A stretch of DNA of 64,000 nt from NCBI GenBank assembly GCA_030390025.1, contig CM059446.1:15190001-15254000 (forward strand), read 5' to 3'. Positions within the stretch are counted from its first letter, which is position 1. Every line of letters begins with the position of its first letter. Made by a program: the position numbers and the translations under genes. The notes under the pieces were generated by a model. The model ran no database searches, was not told the DNA's origin, and saw only the letters and a list, made by a program, of their open reading frames with translations. Positions 51,588 through 63,657 of the stretch are shown in pieces. Source of the stretch: Squalus acanthias. Taxonomy: Eukaryota.

Positions 51588-51773
51588 CTGAACGACGAAC
51601 CTGCTCCTCCCAAACCACCACTTCCTGAGGGTCAGGTTCCTCCACCAAGGCCGCCGCCTCCTGAGGAAAAAGATGAGGAATTCCCTGAAATGAAAGCAGG
51701 AGAAGTGGTGAATCAGCCTATGATGGAGTCCGCTCGGCAGTTGCATGATGAAGCCAGGAAGTGGTCTAGCAAG
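51588..51773 (+). CDS. vcl: vinculin exon 18 (186 nt; proline-rich linker and start of tail)
   Basis: tacag|CTG...AAG|gtaaga; [62 protein letters not shown]. Confidence 0.97.
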
Positions 51774-52640
51774 GTAAGAGCTTGACTGGTCTAAGGAAGT
51801 GAAAGGCACAAACAAAGCTTGTTTCATGGTTTGGGAGCTCAGATGTCCGTTCTATTTCTTGTATGTATATTCTAATTTCTCATTTTAATTTCCTGTCAAG
51901 ATTGTTGTCTATTTGAAACTCTACATTTCAACCAGTGATGTTACTTGAATTAACTGTTTCCATAACTGTCTCTTTTGATCTATAACACGTGCTGGTTTTA
52001 TTTCTATCCTTCTAGAATTAAGTGTTTTATGGTAGCATAAGAGTGTTATTAAAATACAGTAGCTTTGTAACCTGTAGATCATTTGTAACTTCATGGTAGA
52101 TCACATATAGAAAACTTCAGAAATGTGGTCACTGAACACAGAAATTACAGCTCATAAATTTTGAATGATAATTTAAGCTCATTAACTAAACCAACCATAA
52201 CATTAGTTGTTGCTGTATGAAATGGGTAAAAAAAAAAAATCCATTGAAGACATTGAAACTTGCATTTTGAGTGCTCCATTAATGCAATGCATGACTTCCC
52301 AACAAGGCCAAAGTGCACATCCATGGTTGCCAGTCTCCCTAAAATCCCTGCAGTTATTTGGAATGCATTCTTTTATCTGGGTGAGAGCATGACAGTAAAA
52401 AAGAGGTGATTTGTTTGGCTCATCCTGCTTGAATCATTCCTCTTGCAAACTGGAGTGACACTGATGGGTATCATAGAGAAATGTAATGCCAACCTGATGA
52501 ATGTGTTTTGGCATTAGTCAGCAGCTATCGACAGGAGATAATTAAATGGAAAAGTATATTTTCAAAATAAGAGCATTTTGAAATATTGAGAAAAACTATA
52601 GAGGAAGAGGACCTCCGATCCAACCAGACTGGGCATAGTA

Positions 52641-52972
52641 CAGGAAACTTTCGTTTATCCGGCACCGACGGGACCGGCGTGGTGCCGGTTGATCGAAAGT
52701 GCCGGATTACAGAGAGCTATACTTACCAAGGTACGAGAGCCCCGTGCACGGCCACAGGCTTAACAATTGGGACCCGGAGAGGGAAAGTAAACGAGACTCC
52801 GGCTTTTTCCTCCGTAGCTGTGACAGGTCCGAGTTGGAAGAACTTTGACCCCCCTTTCGTGGGGGCGAAAGGTCAGAATCGGGGTCTTGTCTGTACAATA
52901 AAACTTACCTGATTTTTGCCGGTTAAGCGAGAATTCCGGATATTTGGGTGCCGGATAAACGAAAGTTTCCTG
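52641..52972. mobile_element. Tc1/mariner-superfamily (pogo/Tigger-like) MITE, 332 bp
   Basis: perfect 26-bp TIRs CAGGAAACTTTCGTTTATCCGGCACC / GGTGCCGGATAAACGAAAGTTTCCTG, TA on both sides (52639-52640, 52973-52974). Confidence 0.9.
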
Positions 52973-53375
52973 TACTCTATTTGTCATGTCCGAAGGCTTG
53001 AACTTAATGGCATAATTGTCTTAGGCTCATTTTCAGGATCTGGTGTGGGGCCAATTAGTATTGTGGAGAGATGACACAAAAGTCATCTGGTCTGTAAAAT
53101 AAGGCAGAGCTCTGTACCACAAAGCAATCATCTCTGCTCAGCACTTAACTAAAGTGGATAGTTCGATTGCTGATTCTATGTGCAGCAGCTGATTCTACGT
53201 GCAGCCCACCTGCATGAATGGTTGGTCCATTTGAAGGTATCTGAGTCATCATCTGAACTTGGGGTTGTCCATCAGCAGACTTCTGTGTCACTTGGCAATC
53301 ACTAATTCTAATATTTCCACTTGAGAATTGTCAACATGTTGGACTGGAACCTGGATGACTAATTGTTCTGGAAAC

Positions 53376-56117
53376 ACATAGAAACATAGAAAATAGGTAC
53401 AGGAGTAGACCATTCGGTCCTTCGAGCCTGCACCGCCATTCAATGCGTTCATGGCTGAATATGCTACCTCAGTACCCCATTCCTGCTTTCTCGCCATACC
53501 CCTTGATCCCCTTAGTTGTGAGTGTTATATCTAACTCCCTTTTGAATATATTTAGCGAACTGGCCTCAACAACCTTCTGTGGAAGAGAATTCCATAGATT
53601 CACCACTCTGGGTGAAGAAGTTCCTCCTCAGCTCAGTCCTAAATGGCTTCCCCTTAATCCTTAGACTGTGACCCCTGGTTCTAGTTTTCCCTACCATTGG
53701 GAACATTCTGCCCGCATCTAATTTGTCTAAACCAGTCAGGATTTTAAATGTCTCTAAGATCCCCCCTCATTCTTCTGAACTCCAGAGGATACAAGTTCAG
53801 TTGACCCAATCTTTCTTGATATGTCAGTCCGGCCATCCCAGGAATCAATCTAGTGAACCTTCGCTGCACTCCCTCAATAGCAAGAATGTCCTTCCTTAAG
53901 TTAGGAGACCAAAACTGCGCACAATACTCCAGGTGTGGCCTCACCAAGGCCCTGTACAACTGTAGCATCACCTCCCTACTCCTGTACTCAAATCCCCTTG
54001 CTATGAAGGCCATCATTCCGTTTGCTTTCTTGACTGCCTGCTGCACTTGCATTCCCACCTTCAGTGACTGATGTACCATGACGCCCAGGTCTCGTTGCAC
54101 GTCCCCTTTCCCTAATCTGCCACCATTCAGGTAATAGTCCGCCTCTCTATTTTTACCACCAAAGTGGATAACCTCACATTTATCCACATTGTACTTCATC
54201 TGCCATACATTTGCCCATTCACCCAACCTGTCCAAGTCACTCTGTAGCCTCCTAGCATCCTCCTCATTGTTCACACTGCCTCCCAATTTAGTGTCATCCG
54301 CAAATTTGGAGATATTACATTTAATCCCTTCGTCCAAATCATTAATATATAATGTAAACAGCTGGGGTCCCAGCACCGAACCCTGCGGTACCCCGCTGGT
54401 CACTGCCTGCCATTCTGAAAAGTACCCATTTACTCCTACTCTTTGTTTCCTGTGTGCCAACCAGTTCTCAATCCACGTCAACACATTACCCCCAATCCCA
54501 TGTGCTTTAACTTTGCTCACCAATCTCTTGTGTGGGACCTTGTCGAAGGCCTTCTGAAAGTCCAAATACACCACATCTACTGGTTCCCCCCTGTCCACCC
54601 TATTGGAAACATCCTCAAAAAATTCCAGAAGATTTGTCAAGCATGATTTCCCTTTCACAAATCCATGCTGACTTGGACCTATCATGTCGCCACTTTCCAA
54701 ATGGTCTGTTATGACATCTTTAATAATTGCTTCCATCATTTTACCCACGACCGATGTCAGGCTGACCGGTCTATAATTCCCTGCTTTCTCCCTCCCTCCT
54801 TTTTTAAAAAGAGGGGTTACATTGGCCACCCTCCACTCCATCGGAACTGATCCAGAGTCTAAGGAATGTTGGAAAATGATCGTCAATGCATCCACTATTT
54901 CCAAGGCCACCTCCTTAAGTACTCTGGGATGCAGACCATCAGGCCCCGGGGATTTTTCAGCCTTCAGTCCCATCAATTTCCCCAATACCTTTTCCCGACT
55001 AATAAGGATTTCCCTCAGCTCCTCCCTCTTACCAGATCCTCTGACCCCTTTTATTTCCGGCAGGTTGTGTGTGTCCTCCACAGTAAACACCGAACCAAAG
55101 TACTTGTTCAATTGATCTGCCATTTCCTTGTTCCCCATTACGACTTCCCCTGTTTCCGACTGCAGGGGACCTACGTTTGTTTTTACTAACCTCTTTCTTT
55201 TTACATATTTATAGAAGCTTTTGCAGTCCATTTTAATGTTCTCTGCAAGCTTCCTTTCATATTTTATTTTCCCTGCCCTAATCAAACCCTTCGTCCTCCT
55301 CTGCTGAGTTTTGAAGTTCTCCCAGTCCCCGGGTTTGCTGCTACTTCTGGCCAATTTGTATGCAACTTCCTTGGTTTTAATACTATCCCTGATTTCCCTT
55401 GTTAGCCATGGTTGAGCCACCTTCCCTTTTTTATTTTTACGCCAGACCGGGATGTACAATTGTTGTAGTTCATCCATGCGATCTCTAAATGTCTGCCATT
55501 GCCCTTCCACTGATAGCCCCTTAAATATCGCTTGCCAATTTAACCTCGCCAATTCACGCCTCATACCCTCAAAGTTGCCCTTATTTAAGTTCTGGACCAT
55601 GGTCTCTGACTTAACTGTTTCCTTCTCCATCCTAATGTAGAACTCCACCATACTATGGTCACTCTTCCCCAGGGGGCCTCGTACCACAAGATTGCTGATT
55701 AGTCCCTCCTCATTACACAACACCCAGTCCAGGATGGCCTCCCCTCGAGTTGGTTCCTCAACATATTGGTTTAGGAAACCATCCCTTAAACACTCCAGGA
55801 AATCCTCCTCCACCGTATTGCTTCCAGTTTGAGTAGCCCAATCTATATGCATATTAAAGTCACCCATGATAACTGCCGTGCCTTTTTTGCACGCACCTCT
55901 GATTTCCTGTTTCATACCCTCCCCCACCTCACTACTACTGTTTGGAGGTCTGTACACAACTCCCACTAACGTTTTCTGCCCTTTGGTGTTCTGCAGCTCA
56001 ACCCATATTGATTCCACATCCTCCAAGCTGATGTCCTTCCTAGCTATTGCATTAATCTCCTCTTTAACCAGCAATGCTACCCCACCCCCTTTTCCTTTTA
56101 TTCTATCCTTTCTGAAC
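53376..56117 (-). mobile_element. CR1 LINE, 5'-truncated, long open ORF2 (partial APE endonuclease plus full RT)
   Basis: 798-aa ORF 53744..56140 with GDFN, SDH, NYRPVSLTS, GVPQGSVLGP, FADD; frameshifts only near the C-terminus; (TTTCTATG)n tail. Confidence 0.97.
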
Positions 56118-57145
56118 ACATGTTTCTCTGTGCATTTCATTATTTCTGCTTTATTCCAAGGATCATTCTAAAGATCTGTTGGAACAGATGACAGTTGTTG
56201 AAAATCATGGTTCTCTAACCTTACAGTCACACAGAAGAATATTTCCAACCAGCTACTTGCTACTTGATAGACTGGGTGTTGAGAGGAGTTAGTTTCTCGA
56301 GGGGTTCTGCTCGGCTGGTTCATTTTTAACTGGCTTCTGGGATGTTATCCTCTAATTGTGGTTACATCATATATTGGAAGAAATTCCTTCAGTGGTGTTC
56401 TAATAAGAACTATAACCTCCTGAGCTATGAGACTCTTCTGACCTTGAAATACCTCTAACACCTACTCGCCCTCCATTTGAAACTCAACTTAATTCATATT
56501 TTTTTGGTAGCAATGAAATGTTTACCACATGTCTCTGGTTCTCTTGTGAAACACCCTTTCATTTTACCAAGGGAATATGGAAATTGAGGCCTTTCCATTC
56601 CCCCCCCCCCCACCCCTTGTCTCTCCACAAGATTTAAATCTGTTTCTCTATGATTTCATATGTCTCCCCTTTGAGCTATTGATCTGGGAACTCATGTTCT
56701 TGTCATAGAAAATTACTTTGCTGGTATCCGTGACTCAACCCAATCTGATACTGTATGGTATTTATGCTGTTGTTAAATGTCAACCAATTTTTTTGCATAT
56801 GGTTATTTCTTAATTCAACAAAAATGATAATTCCATGCTGAATTGGGGCATTGTTCCCATAAGAACTCTGACATTTTGCAAGGACAGTACTAAATCACTT
56901 TGTCCTTTTAAATGCTTCTGTTGTAAGACCAAGACTCCTTGTCGAATCAAATAAGTTTTAATCATAGAAACTGTGGCACAGAAGGAAGCATTCAGCATGC
57001 TGCATCTGTGCCAGTGCTAGTTGCTGTCTACTTTAATTCCATTTTCTCCCTTTTTCCCCCATGTCCTTTTTTCTTCCTTTTCAAATACTTGCCCAATTTT
57101 CCTTTTTTTAGATTTGTTTGTGGGATATATTAATCACTTTTTAGT

Positions 57146-57595
57146 TGGCAGCCTTAGCTCAGTGGTCGCACTCTCAATTTGTGAATTAGTAGATCAGGGG
57201 TTCAAACTCCACTCAGAGACACGAGAACAGAATCTGGACTGACAGTCCAGTCTAGTACTGAGGGAGTGCTGCACTGTCAGAGGTGCCGCCTTTCCGAAAA
57301 AACATTAAACCGAGGCTCTGTCTGCCCTTTTCAAATGGATCCAATGGCATTATTCGAAGAGGAGCTGGGGAAGTTCTCCTAGTGTCCTGGCTGACATTTA
57401 TCCATGAACCAAAATCACTGGAAAACAGATTATCTGGTTATTTATCTCATTGCTTGTTGTGGGACCTTGCTGTACGCATATTGGCAGCCACATTTCCCTA
57501 CATTGCAACAGTGACTATAATCAGAAGTATTTACTTTTCTGTCAAGCACTTTGGGATGACTTGAGGTCATTTAAGGTGTTGTATAAATGCAAATC
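57146..57595 (+). mobile_element. Deu-domain SINE, older copy
   Basis: A box TAGCTCAGTGG, B box GGTTCAAACTCC, core gtactgagggagtgctgcactgtcagaggtgccgcc; colinear with the reverse complement of 22034-22509. Confidence 0.85.
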
Positions 57596-60109
57596 CTTCA
57601 CTCCCTTCCTTCTGATAACTTGCTGAGTCTCTCGTGATAGCATTTGCAAAGCTAGAGTAATACAGAGATCTTCATAAAACACTGCTGCAATCTTTGGTGT
57701 AAATTGCGCTAATTCGGCAGATTTGTCCTAGTGTCCTGCACAAAGGACCCACTCCGTGTCATTTTGACTGCAATACTTTGTCAGCTTCTATCAATGTGAG
57801 TAGGAAACTGGTAGTAAATACAAGGAAAACTACCTTTATAGGATTAGAAGCATTTCCCACACAACATACTCCCATTCTGCCTACCATGTGCCTTTGCTAA
57901 GGATGCGTTCGATGTAGTCTCACTGCTGTTTTCTTTAGGTGGAGAAAGGGAAAGGGTTTTGTGAAAACAAATTGGTGTTCCTTGAGTTGGATAAGTCCTT
58001 TTATACTATATATATATATATATGGGAGCGGATTGGGAGGATTGTGTCTATGTGCTGACACAATAATATCACCGATAGCAAAAATGTCAGATCATTACTG
58101 GCGTGTGTGTGCGTGTGTCTCCTCCCTGAAAAATAGAATATTTCTGTTCTTTTCTAACTGATCTTTGTGTGAAAGGTGCCTTTATTCAAAGAATGAATAT
58201 GACCCTACAAGGTAGGTCATCTTTCCTTTTCTGTAATCTCGCTTGGGGCGGCGGGCTTTTGTGCACAATCCTCATCCAGCAAAAAGAAATGAGCAATGGG
58301 TCAGTAAAGGCCCCCTAAGATTTGTATACAATCAACTTCTGAGTATTAGTTTTAAGATTTATAATAATTTAACAAAAATGGTGTTTGCAATGCACTGTGG
58401 ATTGTAAATAGCTTTGCACAAAACTACCATTAACCATTTCCCTATTGTATAAAATTGTTGTAAAAACAGAGATGGATAATACTTTATCATCAACTAATTG
58501 ATATTGTACATTCAACTCATCTGGTGGTTGAATGTACCCATTTAAACAATTGAAGTAGAGATGACTTGTAGAATAGCTGAAAGAGGTGCCATTATTCCAG
58601 ATTTTGTGTTATGTGTTCTTTAGATTCAAAATTAGGGATGGGGGTTATTTAAATTGACAGTTTCTCTGCTCTGAAGCAGTATAATTGAATGTATATGCTA
58701 ATTTGATTATTAGTGTTCGAATTTAATTTTTTTGGCTTCTGAAAATATTTCCTGCAAATTTCTTTCTTACTATCTTCTTGCTCCAATTCCCTCCACCCTC
58801 CGCCCTCCCTGCCCTGGTTGGTCAATCATCAACCGTGCCCTGGAATATTTGACTTGCGAATCTGATTACAAGGTGAAATTGTTTCTGAATTTTCATTGGT
58901 GTGTCTTCTTAATGCCACCACAGCCCCAGAGAGACCTAGTCTACCTCCTACAAGGAGAATAACTAATTGACAGACAACTAAGGCTTAAGGCCTTGCTCGG
59001 TGGGCAGCAAATACTAGGAGCTCCTCATAAGCAGGATGGTGAGCAGCACAACTCACTAAAAAAAAAGTGAGTGCTTTGCTACAGACACCCTGTCCAAAAC
59101 ATGGATATAAACCCCATTGAATGGTGGTTCCATCAGTTAGAGGTACAGACCCACAGCATCTCCTTGCTTCTCTGCAACCCAGTTGTGCAAGGTACTAAGC
59201 CCTGGACATATGGGTATTGGCTCTTGTATACAGTCTCCAGGTAACATCTTCTGGCAGCTTGTCGTCCAAGTCTGAGATTCCTCAGATATCTGCCGTGGTT
59301 GTGGTTAAAGGACCTACACAGGGCAGCTTGCATTGTGTCTAGATGTTCGAGTCAATTGCTGGCCTAATTATCACTAACTGCTTAATCCAGGCCCTCATGA
59401 GGTGCTTTGGCAAAGAGGTATGCCTGCTGTGAGACTCACTCCCCATCAAGGGTACTGAGTGTTGGGTTAGTGTAACCACACCCTGCCCTCCCTGCAACCA
59501 TTTTCCACCTTTTTTGCAACAAATTCACCTCGCTGCTTGATCCTGAGCTGAAGCTGCAAGGTTGGCTGGAAGAAGTCTTTGTTCTGCATGCCTAGGATTT
59601 CTGAACTACGAAAGTGAAATGTTTGGACACTTGTATACTGCAAATTTAGCTGCATTGAGAAAAGTGGTGTTTGTTTGTTTTTTTAAAAAAAGGATAGATT
59701 AGAGTTGGAAAGATAAAAGCTCTCTTTCTCATGGAAGTTTGATTTTTGCAAATTTAACCATGACTGGCTTAAGAGAACTAACTATTGCATAAAATTGTTC
59801 TCTTCCCCTCCTGTTCTTTCCCCACTCCCCAGTCCGTCCTGTGTTTTCTGTGCTTAAAAATAGGATAATAGGTTTTTAATTCCGAATGATGGAATGTTCA
59901 ACTTTCTTGTATGGATGGAACTTTTTTTTTCATTTGAATAATAGATAATTAGCACCCTAGTCAAATTTATTTGCTTGAATAATATAACTGGGTTAATAGA
60001 CCAAAAGGTGAGTTGGGGTGCCTGTACTGAGGTACATTTTTTTTGCATTTAAACCTTGGTCAAATTCTCTCATTCTAAACTGTTAAGATAAATAAAGACT
60101 GCTACTCTG

Positions 60110-60800
60110 GTGCCCTGATATTAAAGGGGAGGTTGGGGAGCCTGGTAACAGGCAACTAACCCGGCAAGGCTGGGGCTGTGGAGGTCCGTGGAGATCTTAC
60201 TGACCAGGCCTTGTTTAAATAATTTTGGGCTGACAGCCAGCCACATTGACTTCCTCGCCGTCGGGTGGGAGCGATAAGTTGTGGCAGGAGGGCGCAGCCG
60301 GGCATCGGTGGGTACAGTCCCTGACAGTCAGTAGAGAGGCTGCAAGCCTCATTGGGGCTGGGGCTTATGGGAGGGGTGAAAGGGTGGAGGGTGAAGTCTG
60401 CAAGCTCTGGGCTGCAATTGGGGCTGGGGAAGGGGGAAGGCTGAAAAAGAGAGGCTGGGGGAGGCCGAAGGCTTCCATGCGAGTCCTGGGGGGAAGCACT
60501 CCTGCTCCTCCTGGCCCACAAGGCGTGCGAAAAGGAGCAAATCTTGAACCTCTGATCTGTTGCTGGGAATCCCACAGCGCGGGCCTCCCCCGACGCACGG
60601 TTTAAGTCATGGTGCTGATGATGTCATCGGGCCGTGACTTCTGAAAATTTTGCCCCCGCCTGCAGGAGTCCCATTGATGGCCTGATTTAGGTTCATGAAA
60701 ATTTAAATGGATGGGAATGGTGTCTGGTTGCGAGATCCTGATATTTTAACCTCTGACTCTCTTGCCCAGGTTGGGGGGGAGGGCAGGTGCTGTTAAAATT
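60110..60800. mobile_element. GC-rich putative TE relic (MITE-like)
   Basis: abrupt GC-rich block similar in composition to 20395-21195; no TIR pair confirmed. Confidence 0.35.
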
Positions 60801-61553
60801 GAGTTCAATGTGTCTAGGTAAACCTGTTGAAAGTTCTCTCTTCTTATTCACTGTTAGGTTCTACTAACTCTAGAATTAATTTTCTTCAACTTATGAAAGC
60901 TTCTTTATCCTTCGCTTGACAACAATAATCTTTCATTTCATCTTTGTTTCATTAAAGCTTTACCCTCCCATATGTTAGCTTGAATTTCTTTTTTTTGTTA
61001 CAGCATTGATTAGCAATTCCTGCATTTCTGTTGACCTTTTGAGTTTGTACTTTCTAACCTGTATCTTTATCTTTACTTTCCATTCCCTTAAGGATGTAAC
61101 TTGTGATGATTCCTGGCATGACCTTCATTGTCCCATCATTCTATTGCATTCCAGCATCCAAGCTTGTATATGTTTTTGCGTTCAGTCCCCAGTGTTGTGC
61201 ATGCTACCACTGATTCTGCTTCAGATCATTGAATAATGTCATTATCTTTTTCGTCTTTGTCCTGCTGTTTAGTTATGCAAAAGGTCAAAAGATGAGTCAG
61301 TGAATGTGCAGGAAAATTTTTCAGCTTTTTCTGTGGAAAAATGCCATCCTTCTCTGTCCTTTCCCTCGAGCATGATTCATCTGCTTCCATTAGTTGGCAG
61401 TAAGTTAAGTCACAAGCTAAAAATAGCCATCTGTTCTTCCCTTCCTGATTTTTCCCAGATGCATTTTTTGCTTTCCTTCCCTACAGAACAAGAAGATACC
61501 CAATTACTAAAATAACTCCGTTCATATCCTCTCTTTCCTTCTTCTGTCTCTCC

Positions 61554-61560
61554 TACTAAC
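61554..61560 (+). promoter_or_regulatory. consensus branch point TACTAAC (also a QKI-type ACUAAY element) for the metavinculin exon
   Basis: TACTAAC about 50 nt upstream of the acceptor, inside an AG-free stretch 61496-61606. Confidence 0.7.
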
Positions 61561-61608
61561 TCTTTCACTGTCTTTCCATCCTCCCCTCTGCACTCGCTAC
61601 CATTAAAG

Positions 61609-61827
61609 CCTGATGTGACTGATGAGGCAAGTGAAGCAATTGAGGCTGATGTAGATGTGTATGATGATGATGATGATGACGATGATGTTGAGTTGACTCT
61701 TCCCTCTGACAATGAAGATGAGTACGAGCCTGAGCTACTTTTAATGCCTACAAATCAGCCAGTTAACCAGCCAATTCTGGCTGCTGCTCAGTCTTTGCAT
61801 CGAGAAGCAAGAAAATGGTCTAGTAAG
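61609..61827 (+). CDS. vcl: vinculin exon 19, alternative metavinculin insert (219 nt, 73 aa)
   Basis: cattaaag|CCT...AAG|gtactc; [73 protein letters not shown]; C-terminal half matches human metavinculin; acceptor chosen as the first AG after the TACTAAC branch point, in frame. Confidence 0.92.
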
Positions 61828-63604
61828 GTACTCCTCAGTTTTTCCCACTGGCAATTGGTTCGTGTGCATCCAGTCATTCGAAACATTGACCCATTTGCAT
61901 CACTGTAGATTCTTGCTGGGTTTCATGAGCCTGAAGTAAAACGTTTGTCTGTATTCTTGAAGAAATTAGATTGGCTTCACAAGTTCCTCATCAACGTCAG
62001 CAGTCAATTAAGAGTTGACTTTGATGCATTTGGAGGCATTTTGCTGTCTGGCAAACTGAGTGTACCAAGATCTCGATTGTTGACATTGAACATTGCATAG
62101 TCTCCATCACCTGTGAAGCCATAGATGACAGTTTCTGAATGACTTCCAGATTGTAAATATATTGTAACTATTTTTTCATGAAGTCATTTAATTTGTCCGT
62201 GTTTCCCCCAAAGGGATGTAATGTAAAAAGCGGAGACTGGGGGTTAGGCAGTAACTGTTAAAGGAAGACTGTCTGCAGAAAATATTCAAAATTGTTTTAA
62301 AATATAAATTTGGGATAGATTTTCCATGGGTGGAAAATCTAGCTCAAGGTGTGTAGCCAAAGAATATCAAATGTGTCTGATTTCTTGGCTTCAGCTGTGC
62401 TTGACATTATTACTATTAAGGCATTTTCAAGGTAGAAATATAATTTCTTGGGCCTTAATCAAATCCAGTTCCATTTCATTCCAATAGTCTGAAATATTTG
62501 GCAATTAGAGATTTTTTAAAAAATATCCATTTTTAAGTGAAACCGTCATTAAGCTAAGATTATATCTTAATTGATCTTCGCTACAATTGCAATTACATGA
62601 TTATAATTGAAATTCAATTATACTTGAGTCATGATGAATGCTTATCTGTGGCCCAGAAGTTGTTGCCTTGCATTAACATGAATTATAAAAGGAAGTTTAC
62701 TTTCCTGCTTTACGACTGGAACCATCTAACCAGGATAATTGCACTCGTCCTCTGTTATTACTTTACCTAATAGTCTAAAGACATTGAGAAAATTGGCATT
62801 CTGTCAGATGCAATAACTTTTGATAATGCCAACAGAAAATGTGTAATGTAATGACTTAAATATTCTGAAATTGATGGAACATTTCTGTTTTCGAAATCCT
62901 GATCAATGAAATCTGCTGACCTGCCCATTAACGAAGACAGTTTCAGGAATTAGAATGGGGGACTTCTGCAGTAGCATTTCTTTGGAAACTAGAGGTTGTG
63001 TTTTCATATTGGATTGCTTTCTGAATAATTTGCGACCCAACCGGTAAGGGAAAAACATTCTTCAGAGGGATATTTAATCTCCAGTACCTTAGCCTCCCGC
63101 CAATACTAAAGGAAGAAAAAGAATGTCAATACTTTCACCATGATTGGAGAGATTCTCCGTTGTCCAGAGAAAACAGAAGGCCCGTGGAAATCACCTTTGG
63201 TCACCCAGCTGGGAGAAAATCACTTGGAACTAATTTGCGTCCATTTTCAGCTGGGTGACGATTCAGATCTTCCTCAGTCATGGATTAAGTTGTGATCCCC
63301 TCCCAGGCCATTGGCAGCTTGCCAGAGACTGACATAAAAGATATGCAGCAGAATGGTTGGGTCTTTGGCCAAAACACTTAATGTAGTGTCTCTCAGTAGG
63401 GTTTGTTTGTTTTGTATACTCATACCATCTTTCAGAGTGTCATTACTTAAGTTTATGCAATAATTTCAGTACGTCAAAGGCAAAAAAATATAAAATTCAT
63501 TAATTTAATACCGAAAAACTACTGCAGGTTTATTTGAGAATTTCTGAAAGTCGACCTCTAAGAATAGAGTAATACAAGACAGGTATTACATTTAAATTTA
63601 AGAG

Positions 63605-63657
63605 CCTTGGGACATTTTACTACGTTAAAGGCATTATATAAATGCAAGTAGTTGTTG
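63605..63657 (+). mobile_element. isolated L2 3' tail
   Basis: ccttgggacattttactacgttaaaggcattatataaatgcaagtagttgttg, near-identical to 38438-38490. Confidence 0.75.

Noticed and set aside
53744-56140. 798-aa ORF as a host or domesticated gene
   Set aside because: It is 5'-truncated CR1 ORF2 with a C-terminal frameshift and a CR1 tail; several paralogous fragments lie in the same window.
59000-59500. Possible ancient SINE relics (also about 4980-5210, 13190-13450, 27690-28070)
   Set aside because: Composition suggests old repeats, but I could not identify boxes, tails or clear homologues; a Dfam search is needed.
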